The notes under the pieces: model-generated | Seen by the model: only the letters and a program-made list of their open reading frames with translations | Told to the model about the DNA's origin: nothing | The model's database searches: none | Assembly (NCBI GenBank): GCA_021806945.1 | Contig: JAKAPQ010000001.1 | Location: 1 to 51,149 of the forward strand | Reading direction: 5' to 3' | Origin: a bacterium | GTDB taxonomy: Bacteria > Vulcanimicrobiota > Vulcanimicrobiia > Vulcanimicrobiales > Vulcanimicrobiaceae | Length of the DNA: 51,149 bases | Shown here: one piece after another, positions 27,804 to 37,721 of the stretch | How the letters are laid out: every line of letters begins with the position of its first letter | How positions within the stretch are numbered: position 1 is the stretch's first letter | Made by a program: the position numbers and the translations under genes

Positions 27804-29402
27804 GTGGCATCCACGGGCATGGCGAGAAACTACGATGCGATCATCATCGGCGGCGGGCATAACGGGCTCGTGACGGCCTGCTATCTCGCGCGAGCGAAGT
27901 GGAGGGTGCTCGTGCTCGAGCGGCGCCACGTCATCGGCGGGGCCTGCGTCACCGAGGAGACCTTCCCGGGCTTCAAAGTATCGACGGCGGCCTACGTCAA
28001 CAGCTTGTTCAGGCCGGAGATCGTTCGTGACCTGCGCCTGCGCGAGTACGGATTCGAAGCCGTCGAACGCAATCCGTCGTCGTTCACGCCGTTTCTCGAC
28101 GGGCGCTATCTGATGCTCGGGCCGGAACGCGCGGCGAACGTGCGCGAGATCGGCAAGTTCAGCAAGAAAGACGCGGAAAACTATCCCAAGTACGAAGAGA
28201 TGCTCGAGCGCGTGGCGTCGGTCGTCGAGCCGACGCTCGCGCAGACGCCGCCGAACGTCGTCCGGCCGAACCTCGGCGCGCTTCTCGCGATGGCGAAGCT
28301 CGGCCGCGCGATGGCGAAGCTCGGATCCGGAATGGGCGAAGCCGTCGAGGTGCTCGCCGGCGCCGCGCGGCCGATCCTCGACCGCTGGTTTCAATCCGAG
28401 GAACTCAAGGGCACGCTAGCGACCGACGCGATCATCGGCGCCTTTGCCGCGCCGTCGATGCCGGGAACCGCCTACGTGCTCTTCCATCACGTCATGGGCG
28501 AAACTAACGGTGCGCGCGGCGTGTGGAGTTACGTTCGCGGCGGCATGGGCGGGCTCACGCAAGCGCTCGCGAACGCCGCGAAAGACCTCGGCGTCGAGAT
28601 TCGCACCGAAGCGGAGGTCGCAAAGATTCTCACGCACGGCGGCGCTGTGACGGGCGTCGCGCTGACCGGCGGCGACGAGTTCCATGCCCGCAAGATCGCG
28701 AGCAACGCCGATTGCCGGATCACCTTCACGCAGATGCTCGATCCAAACGCACTGCCGCCGGATTTCCGCGCGGCGGTCGAGCGTATCGACTATAGCAGCG
28801 CCTCTGTGAAAATTAACGTCGCGCTCGCGGCGCTTCCGAACTTTACGGCATGCCCGGGTACCGATGCCGGCCCGCAGCACCGCGGCACGATCCATCTATG
28901 CCCGAACCAAGACTACATCGAACGCGCCTACGACGACGCGAAGTACGGCCGCCCATCGAAAGAGCCGGTGGTGGAATGCACGATCCCGTCGTCGGTCGAT
29001 CCGACCGTTGCGCCACCGGGCAAGCACCTCATGTCGATGTTCGTCCAATATGCGCCCTATAGGCTCGCAGAGGGCGCTTGGACGGAGCAACGCAAGGACG
29101 ACTTCGCCGATCGCTGTTTCGATATCGTCGAGCAATACGCGCCGGGATTCAAAGGTTCGGTGATCGCACGCCAAATCTTGACCCCCGTCGATCTCGAGCG
29201 CACGTTCAACCTCACCGGCGGCAATATCTTTCAAGGCTCGATGGCGCTGCACCAGCTCTTCGCGTTTCGCCCGGTTCCCGGTTTTGCGGGTTACCGCACG
29301 CCGGTCGAGGGCTTGTATCTCTGCGGTGCGGCCGCACACCCCGGCGGCGGCGTGATGGGCGCCGCGGGCTGGAACGCCGCGCGCGAAATGCTCAAGCCTT
29401 AG
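27804..29402 (+). CDS. NAD(P)/FAD-dependent oxidoreductase, phytoene desaturase (CrtI)-like family
   Basis: Dinucleotide-binding N-terminus 'YDAIIIGGGHNGLVTACYLARAKWRVLVLERRHVIGGA'. The C-terminus 'LYLCGAAAHPGGGVMGA' is typical of the family. An alternative start is the ATG at 27819. Confidence 0.8.
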   Translation: MASTGMARNYDAIIIGGGHNGLVTACYLARAKWRVLVLERRHVIGGACVTEETFPGFKVSTAAYVNSLFRPEIVRDLRLREYGFEAVERNPSSFTPFLDGRYLMLGPERAANVREIGKFSKKDAENYPKYEEMLERVASVVEPTLAQTPPNVVRPNLGALLAMAKLGRAMAKLGSGMGEAVEVLAGAARPILDRWFQSEELKGTLATDAIIGAFAAPSMPGTAYVLFHHVMGETNGARGVWSYVRGGMGGLTQALANAAKDLGVEIRTEAEVAKILTHGGAVTGVALTGGDEFHARKIASNADCRITFTQMLDPNALPPDFRAAVERIDYSSASVKINVALAALPNFTACPGTDAGPQHRGTIHLCPNQDYIERAYDDAKYGRPSKEPVVECTIPSSVDPTVAPPGKHLMSMFVQYAPYRLAEGAWTEQRKDDFADRCFDIVEQYAPGFKGSVIARQILTPVDLERTFNLTGGNIFQGSMALHQLFAFRPVPGFAGYRTPVEGLYLCGAAAHPGGGVMGAAGWNAAREMLKP

Positions 29403-30778
29403 GCCGGCTCGAACCGGGCGGTGAAGTGGCGTAGCGGCGGCGCTTGCCAAACCATGGTGAGTCCGCCGATGCGTTCGCGCGCGGCGAAGACGTCGGCCAT
29501 CACCTCGCAGACGTAATCGATGTGACTCTGCGTGTAGACGCGGCGCGGTATCGCCAAACGCACCAGTTCCATCGGTGCCGTACGTTCCTCGCCGCTATCG
29601 GGATCGGTCGAGCCGAACATCACCGTACCGATCTCGACCGCGCGGATACCGCCCTCGAGGTACATCTCCGCAAGGAGCGCCTGTCCCGGATAGGCGCGCG
29701 GCGTAACGTGCGGCAATAGCGCGGCGGCATCGATGTAGACGGCGTGCCCGCCGGGCGGTTGAACGATCGGGATGCCGATATCGGTCAGATGCCGCCCGAG
29801 ATAGGCCGTCGACGCGATGCGGTAGCGCAGGTAGTCCTCGTCGAGTACCTCGTTCAACCCCACGGCCATCGCATCCAGATCGCGCCCGGCGAGCCCGCCG
29901 TAGGTCGGGAAGCCCTCCGTCAGAATGAGCAGCCGCGACTCTTTCCGGGAGAGCGCCTCGTCGTTGGTCGCGAGAAAGCCGCCGATATTTACGAGGCCGT
30001 CTTTCTTGGCCGACATCGTGCATCCGTCCGCGTAAGAAAACAGCTCGCGCGCGATCTCGCGGGCCGGCGTTTGCGCGTATCCCGCTTCGCGTTCTCGAAT
30101 GAACCACGCGTTCTCCGCGAACCGGCAGGCGTCGATGTAGAGCGGCAGTGCGAAGCGGTCGCAGACGGCCCGTACCGCCTTGACGTTCTCCATCGAAACG
30201 GGCTGGCCGCCGCCGGAGTTGTTGGTGATCGTCAGCATCACGAGCGGAACGCGCTCGCGCCCGACCTCGGCGATCAGCGCCTCGAGCGCCTCCACGTCCA
30301 TGTTCCCTTTAAACGGATGGATCGTCGCCGGCTCGCGCCCCTCCGCGATCGGCAGATCGACGGCTCGCGCGCCCACGTACTCGATATTTGCGCGCGTGGT
30401 GTCGAAATGCGTGTTGTTCGGCACGACGTCGCCGGGCTTGCACGTCGTGCTGAAGAGAATGCGCTCGGCCGCGCGGCCTTGATGCGTCGGCAGGACGTAG
30501 CGAAAGCCAAAGATGCTCTCGACGGCGGCGGCAAACCGGTAATAGGATTTCGCGCCGGCGTACGATTCGTCGCCGCGCATGATCGCCGCCCATTGCTCCG
30601 CGCTCATCGCGCCCGTACCGCTGTCCGTCAGCAAATCGATCAGCACGTCCTCTGCGCGCAGCAAGAACGGATTGTAACCGGCATCCGTCAGGAAGCGCCG
30701 GCGCTCGGGCCGCGTCGTCATGCGAATCGGCTCGACGGATTTGATGCGGAACGGTTCGATGATCGACCGGTGGGACAT
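29399..30778 (-). CDS. PLP-dependent beta-eliminating lyase, tryptophanase/tyrosine phenol-lyase family
   Basis: Colinear with TnaA/TPL as I remember them: 'EPFRIKSVEP', 'IDLLTDSGTGAMS', 'PTHQGRAAE', PLP-Lys context 'MSAKKDGLVNIGG', 'EGFPTYGGLAGRD', 'LRHFTARFEP'. Whether the substrate is Trp or Tyr cannot be decided by eye. Confidence 0.9.
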   Translation of the reverse strand: MSHRSIIEPFRIKSVEPIRMTTRPERRRFLTDAGYNPFLLRAEDVLIDLLTDSGTGAMSAEQWAAIMRGDESYAGAKSYYRFAAAVESIFGFRYVLPTHQGRAAERILFSTTCKPGDVVPNNTHFDTTRANIEYVGARAVDLPIAEGREPATIHPFKGNMDVEALEALIAEVGRERVPLVMLTITNNSGGGQPVSMENVKAVRAVCDRFALPLYIDACRFAENAWFIREREAGYAQTPAREIARELFSYADGCTMSAKKDGLVNIGGFLATNDEALSRKESRLLILTEGFPTYGGLAGRDLDAMAVGLNEVLDEDYLRYRIASTAYLGRHLTDIGIPIVQPPGGHAVYIDAAALLPHVTPRAYPGQALLAEMYLEGGIRAVEIGTVMFGSTDPDSGEERTAPMELVRLAIPRRVYTQSHIDYVCEVMADVFAARERIGGLTMVWQAPPLRHFTARFEPA

Positions 30779-30802
30779 GGTTCCTCCGAAGACGTGCGTT
30801 AT

Positions 30803-32377
30803 TTAGGCGAGCTGCGGCGCGGGCTTTCCCGTCAGTTGGCGCGCGAGCCGGCTCGCATTGCGAGCGATGATCCCGTAGATCGAGAGTTGGGGATTCGCGC
30901 CGATGCTCGTGGGAAAGACCGATCCGTCGAAGACGTGGAGGTTTTCGAGATGGTGGTAGCGGCCGTATCCGTCCACGACCGACGTTGCCGGATCGGCGCC
31001 CATCGCGCAGCCACCCATGACGTGAGCGCTCACCACGTGCATCAGCACGATCTCCATCGGAAAGCCCTCGATTGCGGCCTTGGCTTGCGCGAGCGTCGCG
31101 TACGGGACCGCATCTTCGTGCATCGGGAGAACGGTTTTCGCGCCGGCCGCGAATTGAATCTCGGCCATCGAGTGCAGCGCGCGGCGCGCGCCGTCCCAAA
31201 GAAACCCGCCGATCGGATAATCGAGCAGCGGCGTGCCGTCCGGCCTCAGGCCGACGGTACCGCCTTGGCTGCGCTCGTTGAAGCCGTCGCGCATGAGGGC
31301 GATGATCACTTGCACGTGCGGCATCTGCGCCATCAGCCGCGCGTGCGGCGTCCCGAAACCGACGAGCGTCGTCGCCGTGAGCACCGGGTGGATCGGCGGT
31401 ACTTCGAGTTTGTAGCCCACCGGCCCGTCGATCGGCTGCGTCTTCAAGAAATGGTCGGTGTAGATAGATTGCGGCGCCCCGCTGAAGCCGTCGACGGCTT
31501 GCGGCATCGTTGCCGCCGAGATGACGGTCGGGTGCAGGTAGGTGTGTTTGCCCAGCCGGCGGTACGGATCGGGGACGCCGGCACGCAGCAGCACGCCCGG
31601 ACTGCCGATGGCGCCGGCCGCGAGCACGAAGTGGCGCGCGGTAACGGTGACCACGTACGGGCCCGGACGCAGGCCGGTCGCGTCCAGCGCGCTGGACGAA
31701 AGGCTCGCGATACGCTCGCCGGCCAACGAGAGCGACTGCACGCGCGCGCGGCTTACGAGTATCGCCCCATGAGCGAGCGCGGCCGGTATCGTCGTGACGA
31801 GCATCGACTGCTTGGCGTTGACCGGGCAGCCCATGCCGCAGTACCCCAGGTTCCGGCAAGCCTTGACGTTGCGCGGAATGACCCGGGTCGGGATGCCAAG
31901 CTTGGCGGCGCCGCGCCGCAGGATCGCATTGTTTTCGTTGGGCGGCTTGGCCCACGGATGCACGTTGAGGCGTCGTTCCATCATCGCGAACCACGGCGCG
32001 AGTTCGTCGACCGTATAGTCGTGCAAGCCGAACCGGTCGCGCCAATATGCGAGCGTCTCCGGCGGCGTGCGAAAACTGCTCGTCCAGTTGACGGTCGTCG
32101 AACCGCCGACGCAGCGCCCCTGCAGGATGAGGATGCCCTTGTCTTTTGTGCGCCGCCCGGCCGAATCCTGATAGAGTTGCGGATACGCTTCGCGCTCGAG
32201 CATGTGAAAATCCGGCGAGGTGCGCAACGGACCTTCCTCGATCAACACGACCCGCAGCCCGGCGCGCGCCAGAATCTCGGCAGCCGTTCCGCCGCCCGCG
32301 CCGCTGCCGACGATGGCTACGTCGGCTTCGAGGTGCAGGTCGCGTTCCAGCCTCGACCCGTCGATACCGTGGATCAT
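30803..32377 (-). CDS. GMC-family FAD oxidoreductase
   Basis: 'ADVAIVGSGAGGGTAAEILARAGLRVVLIEEG' Rossmann motif, and the GMC C-terminal 'HVMGGCAMG...VVD..G...NLHVFDGSVFPTS'. Confidence 0.85.
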   Translation of the reverse strand: MIHGIDGSRLERDLHLEADVAIVGSGAGGGTAAEILARAGLRVVLIEEGPLRTSPDFHMLEREAYPQLYQDSAGRRTKDKGILILQGRCVGGSTTVNWTSSFRTPPETLAYWRDRFGLHDYTVDELAPWFAMMERRLNVHPWAKPPNENNAILRRGAAKLGIPTRVIPRNVKACRNLGYCGMGCPVNAKQSMLVTTIPAALAHGAILVSRARVQSLSLAGERIASLSSSALDATGLRPGPYVVTVTARHFVLAAGAIGSPGVLLRAGVPDPYRRLGKHTYLHPTVISAATMPQAVDGFSGAPQSIYTDHFLKTQPIDGPVGYKLEVPPIHPVLTATTLVGFGTPHARLMAQMPHVQVIIALMRDGFNERSQGGTVGLRPDGTPLLDYPIGGFLWDGARRALHSMAEIQFAAGAKTVLPMHEDAVPYATLAQAKAAIEGFPMEIVLMHVVSAHVMGGCAMGADPATSVVDGYGRYHHLENLHVFDGSVFPTSIGANPQLSIYGIIARNASRLARQLTGKPAPQLA

Positions 32378-32911
32378 CTACCGCAGAACCGGCGGTCCGG
32401 TGTAACCGATGGACGGCCAAGACTCCGCATTCCCGTACCACGCCGCGTTCACGAGCTGATGCAGCGCGTCGTATCCGCTGCGCAGCATCGCGAAGCTGCT
32501 GTAGCGCCAGCGCGTCAAGAAACCATCGACCTCGGCTACGCTGGCCTCGTGCCACGAAGCCCAGACTCCGGCGACGGTCCAGCGCGTCAGCGGGAACCCG
32601 AGCAGACTCAAGAGTTGGTGGACCTCGCCTTGCACGCTCGGCGAAAGACCCGCGACGGCCGTATCGAAGCCCCGTACGACGGCGCGAATCGCGAGCGCAC
32701 GCGGCTCTCGGGCCGACGGTAACGCTCCCGCGAGCATCGCCGGCGCGATCGCCCCAACGATGACGCGCGCCTCCGTGCCGAGCACCTTAAAGGCGTGAGC
32801 GTCCGGCGGCGCCGCGCGCTCGTCGGAGTACAACTGGTATCCCACGCCGGCGACCCCAAGCACCACCGCGCCCGCGATGCCCGTCCGAATCAGCTGCCGG
32901 CGAGTGAACAC
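32378..32911 (-). CDS. Tat-signal small subunit (gluconate 2-dehydrogenase subunit 3-like) partner of the GMC oxidoreductase
   Basis: The GTG at 32911 gives 'VFTRRQLIRTGIAGAVVLGVAG', a twin-arginine signal. The stop abuts the GMC start codon. Only the last 177 codons of the 499-aa tracked ORF look coding. Confidence 0.65.
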   Translation of the reverse strand: MFTRRQLIRTGIAGAVVLGVAGVGYQLYSDERAAPPDAHAFKVLGTEARVIVGAIAPAMLAGALPSAREPRALAIRAVVRGFDTAVAGLSPSVQGEVHQLLSLLGFPLTRWTVAGVWASWHEASVAEVDGFLTRWRYSSFAMLRSGYDALHQLVNAAWYGNAESWPSIGYTGPPVLR

Positions 32912-33007
32912 CCCGGTGCCTTTCGCGAAGTTCGCCCGGGGTCCCACCGCAACGCTCGCGCCGCTCGTTCGAAAGGCCCCCGGCTGCGCGGCACCATAGA
33001 TAGCCGC

Positions 33008-34591
33008 ATGCGACGATGGAACGGATGGGGCGACGAGACGATCCACGTCGAGCTGCCGGAGGCGGCACGGGCGTATCTCCGCGAACGCCTCGGCGCGGCC
33101 GCAACGCCGGAGGATGCGCCGTTCGATCGGCTCGCGGCGAGCGTCATTTCCAGCCGGTTGCCGGCTCACACGCTCGTCGACACATCGCCCGCCACGCGCG
33201 TCTTGCACGCACGTGGGCAGAGCCTCCCCGATTGGCTCGCGCTGCGCTTCGGGCGCATCGAACGCGTCCCCGACGGCGTCGCCTTCCCCGAATCGTCCCG
33301 CGACGTGCGCGATCTCTTGGCATTCGCGGCGCAGTGCGGCGCGCGCGTCATTCCGTACGGCGGCGGCACGAGCGTCGTCGGGCACCTCACGCCGCCTGAC
33401 GGCGCCGCGCCCGTGCTTGCGGTATCGCTCGCCCGCATGCGCAAGCTGCTCGAGCTCGACGAGGCGAGCCGGCTTGCGACGTTCGAAGCGGGCGTAACGG
33501 GCCCGGACCTCGAGGCGCAGCTGCGCGCGCGCGGGTACACGCTCGGGCACTTTCCGCAGTCGTTCGAATACTCGACGCTCGGCGGCTGGATCGCCACGCG
33601 CTCGAGCGGCCAGCAGTCGCTGCTCTACGGGCGCATCGAAGATCTCTTCGCCGGCGGCCGAATCGAAACGCCGGCCGGTACGCTGCGCATCCCGACCGTA
33701 CCGGCTTCGGCAGCAGGCATCGACCTTCGCGGCCTCGTGCTCGGCTCGGAGGGGCGGCTGGGGATCGTCACCGAGGCCACCGTCCGCGTGCGCCCCATCC
33801 CGGCGTTCGAAGCGTTTTACGGCTGCTTCCTTCCCTCGTGGGAGCGAGCCGAGCACGCGGTGCACGAGCTCGCGCATGAGGGCGCAGCGCTCTCCATGGT
33901 CCGCCTCGCCAACCCAATGGAGACGCTCACGACGCTGCGCCTCGCCGGCGGCGGGCGCGCGCTAGCGCTGCTCGAGCGCTATCTGGCGCTGCGCGGATGC
34001 CGCGAGGAGAGCTCTCTGCTGCTGCTCGGCGTTACCGGCGAAGCCTCCGGCGCGCGAGCCGCGCTCGGCAGCGCACGCGCGATCTGCCGAGCGCACCGCG
34101 GCGTGTGGGCCGGCGAGCGTTTGGGCGGCCGCTGGCGCCGCAACCGTTTCCGCGGCGTCTACCTGCGTAACGCGCTCTGGGAGTGCGGCTACGCCGTCGA
34201 CACAGTCGAGACGGCCGTCGACTGGCCGCGCGTGCGCACGATGATGCTCGCGCTCGAAGCCGCGGCGAGGGATGCGCTCGGCGAGGGCGGCGTGCACGCC
34301 TACACGCATCTCTCGCACGTCTATCCGCAGGGATCGAGCGTCTACAGCACGTTCGTCTATCCCATCGTGCCCGAGTACGAACGCAACCTCGAACGCTGGA
34401 ACGCCCTGAAGCGGGCCGCGAGCGAGGCGATCCTGCGCAACGGGGGAACGATTAGCCACCAGCATGGTGTCGGGCTCGATCACAAACCGTACCTCGCTGC
34501 GGAGAAAGGCGAACTCGGCATCGATGCGATGCGCGCGCTCTTCGAACGGCTCGACCCCGGCGAGCGTATGAATCCGGGAAAACTCTGTTGA
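33008..34591 (+). CDS. FAD-linked oxidase, alkyldihydroxyacetonephosphate-synthase-like
   Basis: The ATG at 33008 gives 'MRRWNGWGDE', the characteristic N-terminus of bacterial AGPS-like flavoproteins. The FAD-binding PCMH region is 'VIPYGGGTSVVG'. The C-terminus is 'GGTISHQHGVGLDH'. Confidence 0.8.
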   Translation: MRRWNGWGDETIHVELPEAARAYLRERLGAAATPEDAPFDRLAASVISSRLPAHTLVDTSPATRVLHARGQSLPDWLALRFGRIERVPDGVAFPESSRDVRDLLAFAAQCGARVIPYGGGTSVVGHLTPPDGAAPVLAVSLARMRKLLELDEASRLATFEAGVTGPDLEAQLRARGYTLGHFPQSFEYSTLGGWIATRSSGQQSLLYGRIEDLFAGGRIETPAGTLRIPTVPASAAGIDLRGLVLGSEGRLGIVTEATVRVRPIPAFEAFYGCFLPSWERAEHAVHELAHEGAALSMVRLANPMETLTTLRLAGGGRALALLERYLALRGCREESSLLLLGVTGEASGARAALGSARAICRAHRGVWAGERLGGRWRRNRFRGVYLRNALWECGYAVDTVETAVDWPRVRTMMLALEAAARDALGEGGVHAYTHLSHVYPQGSSVYSTFVYPIVPEYERNLERWNALKRAASEAILRNGGTISHQHGVGLDHKPYLAAEKGELGIDAMRALFERLDPGERMNPGKLC

Positions 34592-36162
34592 CGCAGCGCG
34601 GCGGAGCGCGCGCACGCGACGCAGATTGGGAGCGCCTCTCGCAAACCTGCGATCTGCTGGTCGTCGGCGGCGGCGTGACCGGCGCGGGCGTGCTGCTCGA
34701 AGCCGCGCGGCGCGGGCTGCGCACCGTGCTCGTCGAACGCGGCGATTTTGCCTCGGGGACCTCGAGCCGTTCCTCCAAACTCGTTCACGGCGGCCTGCGC
34801 TATCTCGCCGAGGGCAAGATCGCTCTGGCGCGCGAGTCGGTCCGCGAGCGCGAAGCGTTGCTGCAGGCGGCGCCCGGCCTCGTCGATTCGATGCCGTTCT
34901 TGATGCCGCACTATCGCGGGCGCCGCCCCGGGCGGCTGGAACTCGCGGCCGGGCTCGCGCTCTACGATGCATTCGCCGGGCGGCGCGCGCACCGGTTCGT
35001 GGACCGCGAGGAAGCCCTGCGCCTCGCGCCGTCTATCGACGAGCGCGCGCTGACCGGCGCGCATCTCTACCATGACGCGGTCACCGACGATGCGCGGTTG
35101 GTACTGCGGCTGGTGCAGGAGGCGCGCGATGCGCGCGGCATCGCCGTCAATTATGCGGAGGTTACCTCGCTCGTGCGGCGCGACGGCGCCGTCGTCGGCG
35201 CCTGCGTTGCCGACCGTGCCGGGGATCGCACGACCGTTGTTTCATCGCGTGCCGTCATCAACGCGACCGGCGTTTATGCGGACGCGCTGCGCGGCGACGT
35301 CGGCGGCGCGCCGCGCCTGCGCCCGCTGCGCGGAAGCCACTTGATCCTGCCGGATTGGCGGCTTCCGCTGGCGCAGGCGATCGCGTTTCCGCACCCGCGC
35401 GACGGGCGCCCGGTCTTCGCCTATCCGTGGCTGGGCGCGACGCTGGTGGGGACGACCGACGTGGATCACCGCGAGCCGATCTCGCACGAGCCGTCGATCT
35501 CGCGCGAGGAGTTCGCCTACCTGCTCGACGCGGTTCGCGTGGCGTTCCCGCGCTGCGGCGTACGCGAATCGGACGTACTCTCGACCTACGCCGGAATCCG
35601 GCCCGTACTTGAGGACGGCCGCTCCGACCCGTCGAAAGCCGGCCGCGGTTATCTCGTGCTGCGCGAACGCGGCCTGGTAACGGTAACCGGCGGTAAGCTC
35701 ACGACCTTCCGCCCGATGGCGCTACGCGCCCTGCGGGCCATCGCACCGCTCCTCGCGCCTCGGCGGCTGGATCTCGCCGGGCAACCCGTCTTCGCAGCGG
35801 CGCCGCCGCCTGCCGGCGACCTGCCTCTCTCGACCCGCCGGCGCCTAGCGGGGCGTTTCGGCGCACGCGCGCGGGATCTGCTCGACGCGGCTCGTGACGG
35901 CGAGACCGAAGCGATCGGCTCGATGCCGGCGCTGTGGGCGGAACTGCGCTGGTCGGCACGCAACGAAAGCGTGGTGCGGCTGGAAGATCTGCTCTTGCGC
36001 CGGACGCGCATCGGATTGCTGGCGCGCGACGGCGCCGCGGCGTGGCTCCCGCGCATACGCGCGATCTGTCTCGAAGAACTGGGTTGGGACGAAGAACGCA
36101 TGCGGCGCGAGGAGACGGCCTACGCGGCGCTCGTGCGCGAACGGTACGGTCTGCCCGCGTGA
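34588..36162 (+). CDS. glpD: FAD-dependent glycerol-3-phosphate dehydrogenase/oxidase
   Basis: 'CDLLVVGGGVTGAGVLLEAARRGLRTVLVERGDFASGTSSRSSKLVHGGLRYL' is the GlpD signature N-terminus. TTG start overlaps the upstream stop (TTGA). Confidence 0.85.
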   Translation: MTQRGGARARDADWERLSQTCDLLVVGGGVTGAGVLLEAARRGLRTVLVERGDFASGTSSRSSKLVHGGLRYLAEGKIALARESVREREALLQAAPGLVDSMPFLMPHYRGRRPGRLELAAGLALYDAFAGRRAHRFVDREEALRLAPSIDERALTGAHLYHDAVTDDARLVLRLVQEARDARGIAVNYAEVTSLVRRDGAVVGACVADRAGDRTTVVSSRAVINATGVYADALRGDVGGAPRLRPLRGSHLILPDWRLPLAQAIAFPHPRDGRPVFAYPWLGATLVGTTDVDHREPISHEPSISREEFAYLLDAVRVAFPRCGVRESDVLSTYAGIRPVLEDGRSDPSKAGRGYLVLRERGLVTVTGGKLTTFRPMALRALRAIAPLLAPRRLDLAGQPVFAAAPPPAGDLPLSTRRRLAGRFGARARDLLDAARDGETEAIGSMPALWAELRWSARNESVVRLEDLLLRRTRIGLLARDGAAAWLPRIRAICLEELGWDEERMRREETAYAALVRERYGLPA

Positions 36163-37721
36163 CGCGCGATTTGATCCTCGCCATCGACAACGGGACGCAG
36201 AGCGTGCGCGCGCTGCTCTTCGATGCGCACGGCGAGCCGGCCGCGAAGGCGCGCGTGCCGCTCGACGATTACGCCTCGCCGCAGCCGGCCTGGCACGAAC
36301 ACGGCGTGGAGGCATTTTGGACCGCCGTCTGCACCGCGTGTAATCGGCTCTGGGACCAGGACGTAACGCTGCGCGAGCGCGTCGCCGCCGTAGCGGTCAC
36401 GACGCAGCGCGGTACGGTCGTCAATCTCGACCGCGACGGGCGCCCGCTGCGGCCGGCGATCACCTGGCTCGACCAGCGCAAGAGCCCGTCGGTCCCGCCG
36501 GTTCCAGCGGCTTGGAGGTTTGCGTTCCGATTGGCCGGCGCCGCCGATACCGTAGCCTACTTCCAAAGAGAAGCCGAGGCGAATTGGATTGCCGCGTGCG
36601 AGCCCGAACTCTGGTCGCGCACGCATGCATTCTTGCTGCTCTCGGGGTACCTGCTCTACCGTTTCACCGGGCGTTTTGTCGATTCCGTCGGATCGCAGGT
36701 CGGGTACGTCCCCTTCGATTTCAAGGCGCTGCGCTGGGCCGGCGCGCGCGACTGGAAGTGGAGCGCGCTGCCGATCGTGCGTTCGATGCTGCCGGAACTC
36801 GTCGAGCCCGGTACGGCGCTCGGTGCGATAACCGACGACGCCGCCGGCGCCACGGGCATTCCGCGCGGCACGCCGCTGATCGCCGCGGCCGCCGACAAAG
36901 CGTGCGAGGTCCTCGGCTCCGGATGCCTCGAACCGTCGGTGGCCGCGTTGAGCTACGGCACGACCGCCACGATAAACACGGTATCGCATCGTTACCTCGA
37001 AGCGGTCCCGTTCGTCCCCCCGTATCCGGCGGCGATTCCGCACGCGTACGCCGCCGAAGTGCAGATCTTTCGCGGTTACTGGATGGTGAATTGGTTCAAG
37101 GACCAGTTCGGTTTGCTGGAACGCCAAGCGGCGCAGGCGTCCGGCATTCCGGCCGAGACGTTCTTCGACCGGCTCGTCGAGACGGTACCTGCAGGCTCGA
37201 TGGGCCTCGTGCTGCAGCCGTACTGGACGCCCGGCGTCAAGACGCCGGGGCCGGAGGCGAAGGGCGCGATCGTCGGTTTCGGCGACGTGCACACGCGCGC
37301 GCACCTGTATCGCGCAATCCTCGAAGGGCTCGCGTTCGCCTTGCGCGACGGAATGGAGCGCATCGTTCGCCGCAGCCGCACGCCGGTGACCGCGCTTCGC
37401 GTCTCGGGCGGCGGTTCGCAGAGCGATGCGGCGATGCAGATCACGGCCGACGTCTTCGGCCTCCCCGTCGCGCGCCCGCACGTGTACGAGGCCTCCGGGC
37501 TCGGGGCAGCGATCGACGCGGCGGTCGGCATCGGCCTGCACCCGGATTTCGAGACCGCCGTGGCGCAGATGACCCGCGTCGTGCGAGTCTTCGAACCCGA
37601 TCCGCCCGCGCACGCAACCTACGACGCGCTCTACCGGCAAGTCTACCTGCGCATGTACGAGCGGCTGCAGCCGCTCTACCGCGCCATTTGCACGATCACG
37701 GGGTACCCGCCCCGAGCATGA
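36159..37721 (+). CDS. FGGY-family carbohydrate kinase
   Basis: GTG start overlaps the glpD stop (GTGA). 'LILAIDNGTQSVRALLFD' is the FGGY N-terminal phosphate-1 motif. The C-terminal 'LRVSGGGSQSDAAMQITADVFG' is the FGGY_C motif. Confidence 0.85.
   Translation: MTRDLILAIDNGTQSVRALLFDAHGEPAAKARVPLDDYASPQPAWHEHGVEAFWTAVCTACNRLWDQDVTLRERVAAVAVTTQRGTVVNLDRDGRPLRPAITWLDQRKSPSVPPVPAAWRFAFRLAGAADTVAYFQREAEANWIAACEPELWSRTHAFLLLSGYLLYRFTGRFVDSVGSQVGYVPFDFKALRWAGARDWKWSALPIVRSMLPELVEPGTALGAITDDAAGATGIPRGTPLIAAAADKACEVLGSGCLEPSVAALSYGTTATINTVSHRYLEAVPFVPPYPAAIPHAYAAEVQIFRGYWMVNWFKDQFGLLERQAAQASGIPAETFFDRLVETVPAGSMGLVLQPYWTPGVKTPGPEAKGAIVGFGDVHTRAHLYRAILEGLAFALRDGMERIVRRSRTPVTALRVSGGGSQSDAAMQITADVFGLPVARPHVYEASGLGAAIDAAVGIGLHPDFETAVAQMTRVVRVFEPDPPAHATYDALYRQVYLRMYERLQPLYRAICTITGYPPRA

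Noticed and set aside
29744-32722. Very long ORFs antisense to real genes: 992 aa on the plus strand (29744-32722), 748 aa on the minus strand (30309-32555) and 574 aa on the plus strand (6506-8230). The same applies to the 536-aa ORF at 10405-12015 and the 470-aa ORF at 11972-13384.
   Set aside because: They are Arg/Ala/Gly/Pro-rich shadow frames, which are typical of ~67% GC DNA. Each overlaps a gene with clear family motifs on the other strand or in another frame.
32912-33877. The upstream 322 codons of the 499-aa minus-strand ORF.
   Set aside because: This part is Arg-rich and lies antisense to the AGPS-like gene (33008-34591), which has strong motifs. Only the Tat-signal-led last 177 codons are retained.
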